Shown here piece by piece: positions 55,019-64,000 of a stretch of 64,000 bases of DNA. How positions within the stretch are numbered: the first letter of the stretch is position 1; the number at the start of each line of letters is the position of its first letter. The stretch spans positions 1 through 64,000 of the IMG/VR virus record IMGVR_UViG_3300027656_000007; one strand, given 5' to 3'. Under the pieces are notes generated by a model. That model did not search any database. It had not been told where the DNA came from and was given only the letters and a program-made list of their open reading frames with translations. The position numbers were made by a program, and so were the translations under genes. Source of the DNA: a virus. Taxonomy: Duplodnaviria > Caudoviricetes.

Positions 55019-58000
55019 ATGGCATTAGTATCCCCCGGCGTAGAAGTAACGGTCATTGACGAGAGTCAATACATCCCTGCTGCTACCAATTCAGTACCAT
55101 ACATTTTAATAGCAACAGCACAGAATAAAACCAGTGCTGCCGGAGTCGGTGTTGCACCAGGCACATTGGAGGCCAATGCTAACCGCGTTTATTTAATGAC
55201 CAGTCAGCGAGATTTGGCTGCTACATTTGGCAATCCATTCTTCTACAAGACCACAGCTGGCACGCCAATTAATGGTTATGAACTCAACGAATACGGTCTC
55301 CTTGCAGCTTATTCAGCATTGGGTGTCAGCAACCGAGTTTTTGTTCAGCGTGTTGACATTGACCTGACTGAACTCACTGCGTCATTGACTCGGCCACTGG
55401 GTGCTCCGGCAAACAACACTTACTGGTTGGATACTACCAACACTGAATGGGGTATCTTTGAATGGAACATCACAACAGGCATATTTACTGTGCAAACACC
55501 AATTGTGATTACCAATACAACACAGTTAGAAACCGGCACAACAGTTCCGTTGCAAACAGTGGGCAGCATCGGCAATTATGCCGTCACTGCAACTAGTACT
55601 TTTAACCCAGGCTACTACAAACGTGGTGGTCCAACCAGCGCACAAACCAGTGCCACTGAAATATCAGACTTGTACAACACATGGGTTCTAATTGGATCCG
55701 ATGACTGGAAAACAGCATGGCCAACTGTGTCAGGTACGTTGGCGCCTGTTACATTGACACAGGGCAACACATTCACAGTGAACGACACTGTGATCACTGT
55801 GCCTGCTAGTCCCAACAACACTGTAGATGGCATTGCAGATGCCATTAACCTTGCTGGTATCACAGGCGTTTTTGCAGCCACAGTTGGCGGCAAGCTGTAC
55901 ATGTATGCTGATTCCACAGCTACAAATGACGGTAGCACTGCCAATGGCGGTATTATTTCTATTGCACTTGGAACCGGAACACCATTGACTACATTGGGCA
56001 TTACCGCCGGCAACTACTATGCTCCAAGCTATCAAGTGAGTCCTAGTTATCAAGTTCCACGTTGGGGAACAGGACAAACCCAGCCACACCCAACAGGCAG
56101 TGTATGGCAAAAGATTTCAAATGTAAATCAAGGTGCTGAAATAGTAATCAAAAAATACAGCTCTATTCTAGGCACATTTGTTGCTCAGGCTTGCCCAATC
56201 TACCTCAGCGAATCAACCGCAATATATACAGCAGACCCTGTTGGTGGCGGCAAAAATATTCCAGCTGGTTCCACGTATGCCAGAGCAAATATTCTACGCA
56301 ATAAAACTTCTTCTTTGGAAATTCTTGAAAGATTTGCAACTGGAGCAACAGAAATCACCGGCAGTAATGCTGCACCCGGTCCTTTTGTGTCTGGTAATAC
56401 TTTTACTGTTGCAGCGACACAGCCAGGAACAGAAAATATCACTACTGCCACTGCTCAGTTACTTGGAACCACAGTGGAAGACTTTATTGCCGCAGTTAGT
56501 GCTGCCAATGTTCCATATGTCAGTGCCGCGGTCAACAGTGCAGGTGCAGTGGTATTCACACACTCTGCAGGCGGAGAGATCACATTGACCAATATAACTG
56601 GTACTCCTGTGACCACAGCCGGCTTCAATACCACAGTACGTGGCGTGCGTAACAACTACATCAACGGTGCGGTCAGTGGTTTAATTCTCAGTAACTGGGT
56701 TATTACTCCAACATTCACCTACACTGCCAGTGACAATGCACCAGATCAAGATCCGGCCGACGGTCGTTTGTGGTATTACAGTGCAGTGGATCAAGCAGAT
56801 ATCTTGATTCAAGACAACGGCGAGTGGCAAGGTTATCAAAACGTAACCAATGACGTTCGTGGTTACGATTTAAGTGCAACAAATGCCACTGGTCCTATCA
56901 TCAGTGCAACCGCACCTACCACACAAACCGACGAGTCAGAGTCACCACTGGTGTATGGTGATCTATGGATCAACACAAGTGATTTAGAAAATTATCCAGA
57001 CATGTACCGTTGGCAGCCTGTCAACGGAGTTGATCAGTGGGTAGCTGTTGACAACACAGACCAAACCACAGAAAACGGTGTGTTGTTTGCTGATGCACGT
57101 TGGGCAACCAACGGCGACACTGATCCAATCACGGGCGCTTACCCAACCATTACCAGCTTGTTAACAAGTGATTACCTGGACCTGGATGCACCAAGCCCAG
57201 CACTGTATCCACAGGGCATGTTGCTGTTCAACACACGTCGCTCAGGCTACAATGTCAAGAGCTTCCAGGTAGATTACTTCAACGCCGATACATTCCCAGA
57301 TGATGTACTGCCTACAGTGACCAATGCTTGGGTAACAGCCAGTGGTTTAAAGGCCAATGGTTCACCATACATGGGTCGTCAGGCACAACGTGCCATGATT
57401 GTTGCTGCACTGAAGTCTGGCATTGACACCAACACTGATGTGCGTGAAGAACAGCGTCAGTTCAACTTGTTGGCAACACCAGCATACCCAGAACTGATGC
57501 CAAACATGATTGCACTCAACAATGAGCGCAACAACACCGGCTTTGTTATCGGTGACACGCCACTGCGTTTAGACCCACAAGATATCTTGACCTGGGCTTC
57601 TAACAACAACGGTCTAGGACTAGACACAGGTGATGGTCTAACAGTTGGCAATCAGTACATGGGCGTGTTCTACCCAAGTTGCCAAACAACTGACTTGAGT
57701 GGCAGCCCGGTGGTAACTGCACCAAGCCACATGATGATACGTACAATTATCCGCAGTGACGAAGTATCATTCCCCTGGTTCGCTCCAGCAGGAACACGTC
57801 GCGGTGTTGTTGACAACGCTGTGCAACTGGGTTACATCAACGTCACTACCGGTGAATTTGAATCGTTGGGTGTGCGTCAAGGCCTACGTGATGTGCTGTA
57901 TGAAAATGCAATCAACCCAATTACATTTATTCCCGGCATTGGTATTACCAATTTTGGTAACAAAACAACCACAAGCAACACCACAGCCTTAGACCGTATC

Positions 58001-58312
58001 AACGTGGCACGTTTGGTAGCATTCATCCGTGGACGCTTGGACACCATTGGCAAGCAGTTCTTGTTTGAACCAAACGATCAGATCACTCGTAATCAAATCA
58101 AGAATGCAATCGACGGCTTGATGATTGATCTAGTTGCCAAACGTGGCATCTATGACTATCTAGTGGTGTGCGATGCGTCAAACAACACTCCTGCTCGTAT
58201 AGATCGTAACGAATTGTATGTGGACATTGCTATTGAGCCAGTGAAAGCTGTTGAATTTATCTACATTCCAGTTCGTATCAAGAACACCGGAGAAATCGCA
58301 GCCGGAGGTTAA
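55019..58312 (+). CDS. gp18: Tail sheath protein, T4 gp18-like
   Basis: ALVSPGVEVTVIDES, WFAPAGTRRG, LYENAINPI, GNKT, ALDRINVARL, IDRNELYVDIAIEPVKAVEFIYIP. Confidence 0.96.
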   Translation: MALVSPGVEVTVIDESQYIPAATNSVPYILIATAQNKTSAAGVGVAPGTLEANANRVYLMTSQRDLAATFGNPFFYKTTAGTPINGYELNEYGLLAAYSALGVSNRVFVQRVDIDLTELTASLTRPLGAPANNTYWLDTTNTEWGIFEWNITTGIFTVQTPIVITNTTQLETGTTVPLQTVGSIGNYAVTATSTFNPGYYKRGGPTSAQTSATEISDLYNTWVLIGSDDWKTAWPTVSGTLAPVTLTQGNTFTVNDTVITVPASPNNTVDGIADAINLAGITGVFAATVGGKLYMYADSTATNDGSTANGGIISIALGTGTPLTTLGITAGNYYAPSYQVSPSYQVPRWGTGQTQPHPTGSVWQKISNVNQGAEIVIKKYSSILGTFVAQACPIYLSESTAIYTADPVGGGKNIPAGSTYARANILRNKTSSLEILERFATGATEITGSNAAPGPFVSGNTFTVAATQPGTENITTATAQLLGTTVEDFIAAVSAANVPYVSAAVNSAGAVVFTHSAGGEITLTNITGTPVTTAGFNTTVRGVRNNYINGAVSGLILSNWVITPTFTYTASDNAPDQDPADGRLWYYSAVDQADILIQDNGEWQGYQNVTNDVRGYDLSATNATGPIISATAPTTQTDESESPLVYGDLWINTSDLENYPDMYRWQPVNGVDQWVAVDNTDQTTENGVLFADARWATNGDTDPITGAYPTITSLLTSDYLDLDAPSPALYPQGMLLFNTRRSGYNVKSFQVDYFNADTFPDDVLPTVTNAWVTASGLKANGSPYMGRQAQRAMIVAALKSGIDTNTDVREEQRQFNLLATPAYPELMPNMIALNNERNNTGFVIGDTPLRLDPQDILTWASNNNGLGLDTGDGLTVGNQYMGVFYPSCQTTDLSGSPVVTAPSHMMIRTIIRSDEVSFPWFAPAGTRRGVVDNAVQLGYINVTTGEFESLGVRQGLRDVLYENAINPITFIPGIGITNFGNKTTTSNTTALDRINVARLVAFIRGRLDTIGKQFLFEPNDQITRNQIKNAIDGLMIDLVAKRGIYDYLVVCDASNNTPARIDRNELYVDIAIEPVKAVEFIYIPVRIKNTGEIAAGG

Positions 58313-58338
58313 AAATAGGGGCCTGGTGCCCCTATTTT
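58312..58338 (+). terminator. Hairpin terminator between sheath and tube genes
   Basis: AAAATAGGGGC-CTGGT-GCCCCTATTTT; the tube gene has its own CATAAATA at ~58357. Confidence 0.8.
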
Positions 58339-58385
58339 CGCTCAGGTATAGATAACATAAATAACAGTAACAGAGGATAAAAATT

Positions 58386-59030
58386 ATGGCTTCAGCATCG
58401 TTAAACAAAATGACAGTACCCTTGGCAAGTGACCAAAGCCAAAGCAGTACCGGCATACTAATGCCAAAATTAAAATATCGCTTTCGAGTGATATTTGAAA
58501 ATTTTGGCGTACAAGGTGGTCCAGTAACTGAAATGACTAAACAGGTCATTGATTTTACACGCCCAACAGTGACATTCGAACAGATTGATTTGCCGATTTA
58601 CAACTCTACTCTTAAAATGGCTGGCAAGCACTCATGGGGCGATGTTTCGTGCAACCTACGTGATGATGCAGGTGCCAACGTTCAACAGTTGGTGGGATCA
58701 CAGCTACAGAAACAGTTGGATTTCTTTGAAATGGCATCGGCCGCTGCTGGTGCAGATTATAAATTTGTAACCAAATTTGAAGTACTAGACGGCGGCAACG
58801 GCGCAGTGGCTCCTGTGGTTCTTGAGTCATGGGAACTGTATGGTTGCTACTTGAAAGAAGTAAACTATGGCGATGCCAATTATGGAACCAGCGAAGCAAT
58901 GACAATTGCATTGAGCATTGCCTTTGATAATGCTAACCAAGTTGTTGGCGGCGGTGTTGGCGAAACAGGCACCATCCTTGGTACCACACTAGGCACAGTA
59001 ACCGGCTTAGGTGGCACACAAGGCGCCTAA
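58386..59030 (+). CDS. gp19: Tail tube protein, T4 gp19-like
   Basis: Follows sheath; KYRFRV, MAGKHSW, WELYGCYLKEVNYG...TIALSIAFDNA. Confidence 0.88.
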   Translation: MASASLNKMTVPLASDQSQSSTGILMPKLKYRFRVIFENFGVQGGPVTEMTKQVIDFTRPTVTFEQIDLPIYNSTLKMAGKHSWGDVSCNLRDDAGANVQQLVGSQLQKQLDFFEMASAAAGADYKFVTKFEVLDGGNGAVAPVVLESWELYGCYLKEVNYGDANYGTSEAMTIALSIAFDNANQVVGGGVGETGTILGTTLGTVTGLGGTQGA

Positions 59031-59038
59031 GTAGTCAA

Positions 59039-60166
59039 ATGAGTTTTGGTCAAGACTTTTTAAAAGGTTTTCTTGGTGACAACGGGTTAAGAGATTACAC
59101 CCACGCCTCGAAAACCTTTCGCACGAATGGATACGAACTTGCTCCTAGATTAAAGTTTCTTTTTCACACTTTCTTTAATCTAAATATTGAAGCAATTCCT
59201 TCTCTAAAAAACAACGACCAAACCAGTATTGGATTAGCAGTCAAAACAATTGATCTCCCCAGCTATCAGATATCAGTTGACACTATGAATCAGTACAATC
59301 GCAAGAGATTGGTGCAAAGTAAAATTGAATATCAGCCTGTTACCATAACATTCAACGACGACGGTGGCGATCTTATTCGTAACATGTGGTACAACTATTT
59401 CAGTTACTACTACAAAGATCCAGTGCAACAGTACGAGGGTGTTCCCAATACCAATGGCACCAGTGGAAATTTACAAACTACTCCTACTGGATTTGCCTAC
59501 AACACAAAAGACATCTACAGCAACGATAGATTTGTAAACGACTGGGGTTATGTGGGCGAAAGCTACATGGACGGAACTTTCGATGCACAAGGCAAAGCAC
59601 CTTTCTTCAAAGACATTAAAATTTACGGACTCAACCAGCACAAGTTTGCGGCCTATGTGCTGGTAAACCCGATGATCACTGACTGGCGACACGACACCTA
59701 TGACTACAGCCAAGGCAACGGTGTTATGACACACACCATGACTATAAAATATGAAACTGTAAAATACTATTCGGGTGCCATTGGCGCAGTGCGACCTGAC
59801 ACCAATGTGGTTGGCTTTGCTGATCCTGCCCATTACGATCAGATTCGTAGTTCAATCTCTCGCCCTGGCAGTCAATCCACTGTGCTGGGCCAAGGCGGCT
59901 TGATCGATGCAGGTGTGGGCATCTACGAAGACTTGACTGCATTGGCGTCAGGCAACGGCAACTTGTTTAATGTGATTGGTGCTGCACAAAAAGCACTCAA
60001 TGTAAACCAAACCCTGAAGAAAACTCCGCTGAAAGACATTGTTCGTAACGATGCAAAAGCTGTCAAACAAGATGTACTGCGTAACAGCTTGCCCGGCGCA
60101 ATGCGCAATGCTGCCAACTCTGCCAACAGTATGTTATTTCCTAAACAACCGCCGCCGAAAAAATGA
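59039..60166 (+). CDS. Second tube-fold protein (tube initiator, gp54-like)
   Basis: VKTIDLPSYQISVDTMNQYNRKR, YQPVTITFNDD, LVNPMITDWRHDTYDYS. Confidence 0.7.
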   Translation: MSFGQDFLKGFLGDNGLRDYTHASKTFRTNGYELAPRLKFLFHTFFNLNIEAIPSLKNNDQTSIGLAVKTIDLPSYQISVDTMNQYNRKRLVQSKIEYQPVTITFNDDGGDLIRNMWYNYFSYYYKDPVQQYEGVPNTNGTSGNLQTTPTGFAYNTKDIYSNDRFVNDWGYVGESYMDGTFDAQGKAPFFKDIKIYGLNQHKFAAYVLVNPMITDWRHDTYDYSQGNGVMTHTMTIKYETVKYYSGAIGAVRPDTNVVGFADPAHYDQIRSSISRPGSQSTVLGQGGLIDAGVGIYEDLTALASGNGNLFNVIGAAQKALNVNQTLKKTPLKDIVRNDAKAVKQDVLRNSLPGAMRNAANSANSMLFPKQPPPKK

Positions 60167-60525
60167 GCTCAATCAACGAAACTAATTACAAAATAGATCT
60201 CACTGTGAGAGTGTTCGACGACTTTTTTGGATTCGAGCTATTGGTAGATGCAGCCGAGTGGGATGTGGTATCGAGTTATTTTAAATCAATCTACACAACC
60301 AAAATAGCCGCTGAGAATTTTGCAACAGCATTGTTCCGTGTGGCTAACGAACAAAATGAGTCTGTGTTGACATTGTTGCAGCAGATTCAAACAGCATCTG
60401 GTCCTGCTGAACTGGACTTGACACTGGCATACTATCTCAACAACTTGCGTAGCAACAGCACCTTGTTGGGCACTTCTCAACCAGTGCAGCCAAATTACTA
60501 TGCTGCCAGAAATGTCAGAGCATGA
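60163..60525 (+). CDS. Hypothetical tail-module protein
   Basis: 120 aa, translationally coupled on both sides. Confidence 0.7.
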   Translation: MSSINETNYKIDLTVRVFDDFFGFELLVDAAEWDVVSSYFKSIYTTKIAAENFATALFRVANEQNESVLTLLQQIQTASGPAELDLTLAYYLNNLRSNSTLLGTSQPVQPNYYAARNVRA

Positions 60526-60953
60526 GCAGATTTGCGCAAGGTCCTTACACAGTTAAGAACCCTACCAAGTATGTAGGCAAAGGTACCCCGCGTTATAGAT
60601 CCGGTTGGGAACTCAGTTTTATGCGGTTCTTGGACAACAACGACAATGTAATGCAGTGGGCCAGTGAAAGTATACAGATTCCTTATCGAAATCCAGTCAC
60701 TGGAAAACAAAGCGTCTACGTGCCAGATTTCCTCATCACTTACAGAACACGACAGCAAACACTGGTTGGCGAAGTAATTGAAATCAAACCCAAAAAACAA
60801 AGCATCATCGAAAGCAAGATGAACAACAGAGACCGCATGGTGGTGGCCATTAACTATGCCAAATGGGACGCAGCCTCCAAATGGTGCAGTCGCAACGGCC
60901 TAAAGTTTAGAGTAATCACCGAAGAAGACATGTTCCGCAACGGCGGAAAATAA
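60522..60953 (+). CDS. gp4: Head completion nuclease, T4 gp4-like (TnsA-like fold)
   Basis: KNPTKYVG, YRSGWE, WASE, YVPDF, EIKP, NYAKWDAA, FRVITE. Confidence 0.9.
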   Translation: MSRFAQGPYTVKNPTKYVGKGTPRYRSGWELSFMRFLDNNDNVMQWASESIQIPYRNPVTGKQSVYVPDFLITYRTRQQTLVGEVIEIKPKKQSIIESKMNNRDRMVVAINYAKWDAASKWCSRNGLKFRVITEEDMFRNGGK

Positions 60954-60986
60954 CCTGTGCTATACCGTTAATGCGGTAAATATGGT

Positions 60987-61496
60987 ATGACCAAACGCCT
61001 AGAAGAACTCTTTGACCTGCCTGCCAGCACTGCTGACACGGAACAAACAGTGACAGACATTGCTGCCACACAGTATTCTATAACTGAAATTGACAGCGCC
61101 ATTGACAAGATCGATGCTGCATTGCCCGGCATACGTGATCTTGAAACATCAGACAGTGAAATGGACAGTCTGGCCTTAAAGGCCACGGAAACATTTGACG
61201 ATCTAATGGACCTGGGCATGCAGGTTGACAGTCGCTATGCCAGTGAAATTTTTGCAGTGGCCGGCGCCATGCTGGGGCATGCACTCACTGCCAAAACTGC
61301 CAAGATGAACAAGAAACTAAAAATGATTCAGCTACAGCTACAAAAAGCCAAGCTGGATCTCGATCGTGAAAAACACACCAAAGACCCCGATGAAGGTAAC
61401 TCCGCTGTGGAAACTGCTGAAGGTCAGGTGTTGAGTCGCAATGATCTATTAGAGAGACTGATTGGCTCAAGAGATCAAAAGAACAAACAAGCATAA
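60987..61496 (+). CDS. Probable terminase small subunit (gp16-like)
   Basis: Helical DLMDLGMQVDSRYASEIFAVA...LQKAKLD pattern resembles T4-like small terminases; TAAATA 4 nt upstream. Confidence 0.55.
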   Translation: MTKRLEELFDLPASTADTEQTVTDIAATQYSITEIDSAIDKIDAALPGIRDLETSDSEMDSLALKATETFDDLMDLGMQVDSRYASEIFAVAGAMLGHALTAKTAKMNKKLKMIQLQLQKAKLDLDREKHTKDPDEGNSAVETAEGQVLSRNDLLERLIGSRDQKNKQA

Positions 61497-61516
61497 ATAT
61501 CATATAGGAAAATCAT

Positions 61517-62122
61517 ATGAAACATTTCAAAGAATACCTGGCAGAAAACGAAAGAGTATACAATTACCGCATTAAAATTGCAGGTGATACTCCTCGAGAC
61601 GTGATCAAAGCACTGGAAGAAAAACTAAAACAGTTTGATGTAGTCAGCATCACTGCTCCAAAGACAACGCCGGTCATGGCCCGATTGGCAGACTTTCCGG
61701 CCATTGAAAACGAAAGTTGTACACACATGGATGTTGAATTCCGTTACCCAGCAATTGAACCGCAGATTCAACAGATTGCACAGTTACTGGGAATAGATCC
61801 AAACCGTGTGTGCATGTTGACTGTGCCGTACGAAAACAGCTATGACAAAGAAGCCGCAGATGTTGAAAAACAAAACAAAGACCTGTTGACATCGCCATAT
61901 CCAGCACCGGATGCAGAACAAAAGGCTCTGTACAAAGACTACTCGGCTGCACCAGAAGATCATGCAGTGTTGAAAAATACCTACCGCAGTGAATTCACAG
62001 TGGCCGGTGGCAAGACACCACCTGCTGTGACCACAAACAGCATACCCATGAACAACAAGAGCCCAATGACGAACATCAAGCGTCCACCCAAGCCAGCTAC
62101 TGGTTATAACCCTAAAGGATAA
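61517..62122 (+). CDS. Hypothetical late protein
   Basis: 201 aa; CATAAATA and AGGA SD upstream; starts MKHFKEYLAE. Confidence 0.7.
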   Translation: MKHFKEYLAENERVYNYRIKIAGDTPRDVIKALEEKLKQFDVVSITAPKTTPVMARLADFPAIENESCTHMDVEFRYPAIEPQIQQIAQLLGIDPNRVCMLTVPYENSYDKEAADVEKQNKDLLTSPYPAPDAEQKALYKDYSAAPEDHAVLKNTYRSEFTVAGGKTPPAVTTNSIPMNNKSPMTNIKRPPKPATGYNPKG

Positions 62123-62126
62123 TAAA

Positions 62127-63824
62127 ATGAGTTTTTTCCACAACCTAAACAAAAAATTAGACAGCATTGCTGCCCAACCAGCCGCTGCACAGCTCAATGA
62201 GCGTGACATGAGCCGTGCTGCCAAGGGCTACGAAAAGTACGGCAAAGAAGGCATGCAGGCCCTGGCCAAAGCCGGTCGTGAAGGCAAGGCGTTAGATCCT
62301 GTTCGCAACAAGTATGACAAGTATGACAACAAAGAAGTAGACGAAGGCCTAGGCGATGTGGTCAAGAAAGTCGGCGGCATGGCCAAAAAAGCTGGCAATG
62401 CTGTATTAAACAAACTGGGGCATGGCAGCGATGCAGACATGATTCGTGACTTGCAAAAGAGAATGGGCATACCACAAACTGGTATGAAGCCAACAGAAGA
62501 GCCCAAAGAAGGCAATGAATTCAGTGGCGAATTGCAAAAAGCACGAGCAACTGGCCAGAAAGAATTTGAAGTTGACGGTAAAGAATATCCAGTCAAAGAA
62601 ACTGAAATGTCTCCCAAGCAAAAATCATTTGCTGCCTTAGCTGAACCCAAGAACAAGATCACTTTTGCTGACAAGATCGCCGGCGCCAAAAAAGAAGTTG
62701 ACGAAATGCTAGGTGATGTGGCAGCAGAAGCCATGAAGCAAGCACTGCGCGGCGGCAAACAAGTTGTTGCCAGTGAAGAAGAAGATCTCAACCCATTTAC
62801 AAACTACAAGAAGCCACGTGCCGCTACACCACGCACAGGCGAAGTCACACACGGTGCCAAGCACGACACAGAGTGGACAGCAACAGGTCGCAAGGTAACA
62901 CGTCGTGTTGATCCACAAGGCATGTCAGTTGGATCTGACACCGATGCCGAAGGCAATACACCGGAAAAGCGCGGCCGTGGTCGACCAAAAGGTCCTGCCA
63001 AAGGTCCAGAGCGTACCACTGCCAATGCCTACAAGCACAAGGGTGAGCGCAAGGTCAAAGAAGAAGATGATAATGTCAGTGACGAAATCAAACAGGCCAT
63101 GGCCATGTTGAAGAAAGCCGGCTATAAAGTTTCCAAAGCCGTAGAAGAAGAAAGCACTGACACTCGTGACAACCACGCTGAAAAAGCCGGTAAAAAAGTA
63201 GCCAAAGACATCGAGTATGATGAAAAGAAGAAAGATGGTATTCATGGCAAGAAACGTGGCGCCGAAGATGACAAGGCCGAAAAAGCCGGCAAGAAGGTAG
63301 CCAAAGACATTGAGCACGATGACAAAAAAGACGAAGTCAAAGAAGACGAGCCTAAGAAGTCCAAGAGCAAGTTCAAGTTTGGTGGCAGCGTGTACGAAGC
63401 ACTAGATGCACAATTGGAAACACTGATCACTGAAGGCATGAGTGTCACTGTGAACATGAGTCAAGATTCCGAACACGGTGAAGATCGTAAAAATATCACA
63501 GTCAATGCAGATGGCGAAGATGCTGATCGTTTGGCAGAATTGCTACAGATGGCCGGCATGAGTCAGCAATCTAGTTCATGCAGTTCATGTGGTTCATCAC
63601 CATGCGGTTGCGATATGGTTGACGAAAACAATCCAAACTGGCCCACCGACACTGAAACCAATGACAATGCAATGCAATACTCAGGTGGCTTAAATGGTCC
63701 CAAGTCCACAGGCCAGTCCACCACACCAGTGCTGGCAAGTCAACTGCGTAGACAGGTCAGTATGGAAGAAAGTGCTAGAGTTGAGCAGAACCTGTTGAAC
63801 CTGTACCGAACTTTTGGAAAGTAA
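62127..63824 (+). CDS. Highly charged low-complexity protein, possible internal head protein
   Basis: 565 aa Lys/Glu/Asp-rich; AT-hook-like KRGRGRPK; duplicated AEKAGKKVAKDIE(Y/H)D. Confidence 0.7.
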   Translation: MSFFHNLNKKLDSIAAQPAAAQLNERDMSRAAKGYEKYGKEGMQALAKAGREGKALDPVRNKYDKYDNKEVDEGLGDVVKKVGGMAKKAGNAVLNKLGHGSDADMIRDLQKRMGIPQTGMKPTEEPKEGNEFSGELQKARATGQKEFEVDGKEYPVKETEMSPKQKSFAALAEPKNKITFADKIAGAKKEVDEMLGDVAAEAMKQALRGGKQVVASEEEDLNPFTNYKKPRAATPRTGEVTHGAKHDTEWTATGRKVTRRVDPQGMSVGSDTDAEGNTPEKRGRGRPKGPAKGPERTTANAYKHKGERKVKEEDDNVSDEIKQAMAMLKKAGYKVSKAVEEESTDTRDNHAEKAGKKVAKDIEYDEKKKDGIHGKKRGAEDDKAEKAGKKVAKDIEHDDKKDEVKEDEPKKSKSKFKFGGSVYEALDAQLETLITEGMSVTVNMSQDSEHGEDRKNITVNADGEDADRLAELLQMAGMSQQSSSCSSCGSSPCGCDMVDENNPNWPTDTETNDNAMQYSGGLNGPKSTGQSTTPVLASQLRRQVSMEESARVEQNLLNLYRTFGK

Positions 63825-63827
63825 ACC

Positions 63828-64000
63828 ATGCCCATTCAAGTAATCAACGCAGCTGGTAATGTAGTCTGGACCACAGACAAGGCAGCCATTGCGGCCAACA
63901 GCAACGACGTTACCTATCAAGTGTTTGCCACAGCACTGGGCACAGCGACCGCTGAAGGTAACTTGTATGCCAATGCGGTCAGTGTTCCCAACGGCTCTGT
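63828..64000 (+). CDS. Partial ORF running off the window end
   Basis: ATG 63828, open to the end (MPIQVINAAGNVVWTTDKAAIAANSNDVTYQVF...). Confidence 0.6.
   Translation, partial: MPIQVINAAGNVVWTTDKAAIAANSNDVTYQVFATALGTATAEGNLYANAVSVPNGS

Noticed and set aside
1-64000. CRISPR array, TIGR-like array, DGR or retron
   Set aside because: All repeats found are in-frame coding repeats without unique spacers, and no reverse transcriptase, Cas or Nop-domain ORF was recognised.
1-64000. tRNA, tmRNA, rRNA genes, integrase or transposase
   Set aside because: No cloverleaf with T-loop and acceptor stem was recognised in the intergenic gaps, and no recombinase motifs were seen. Judged by eye; tRNAscan-SE/ARAGORN would settle it.

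Overview
Continuous, densely coding 64-kb segment of a large T4-like (contractile-tailed) dsDNA phage; no host DNA is evident. It carries the head module (portal, prohead core, protease, scaffold, major capsid), neck and tail genes (gp13/14/15-like, sheath, tube, tube initiators, tape measure with a GH19-like lytic domain, baseplate parts), a ~17-kb array of Gly/Thr/Asn-rich fibre genes, a gp55-like late sigma factor, the gp47/gp46 nuclease, a dNMP kinase and a probable small terminase. Accessory enzymes are interleaved: three radical SAM proteins, an MTA/SAH nucleosidase, a TPR-glycosyltransferase, SGNH-like, NUDIX, DEDD exonuclease and HNH proteins. The main unexplained features are: (1) a ~340-nt, extensively base-paired, pseudoknotted non-coding region starting right after the stop codon of a GIY-YIG nuclease gene; (2) a U_UUU_UUC -1 slippery site joining the gp26-like gene to a start-less downstream ORF next to the tape measure gene (lambda G/GT-like arrangement); (3) repeated TAAATA late-promoter cores only 4-6 nt before ATG with no Shine-Dalgarno, suggesting leaderless late mRNAs; (4) a four-gene enzyme cassette of unknown purpose; (5) a riboswitch-like leader at 25477-25560. 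All protein calls come from motif recognition in the translations and all RNA pairings were found by hand; no database search or folding program was run.
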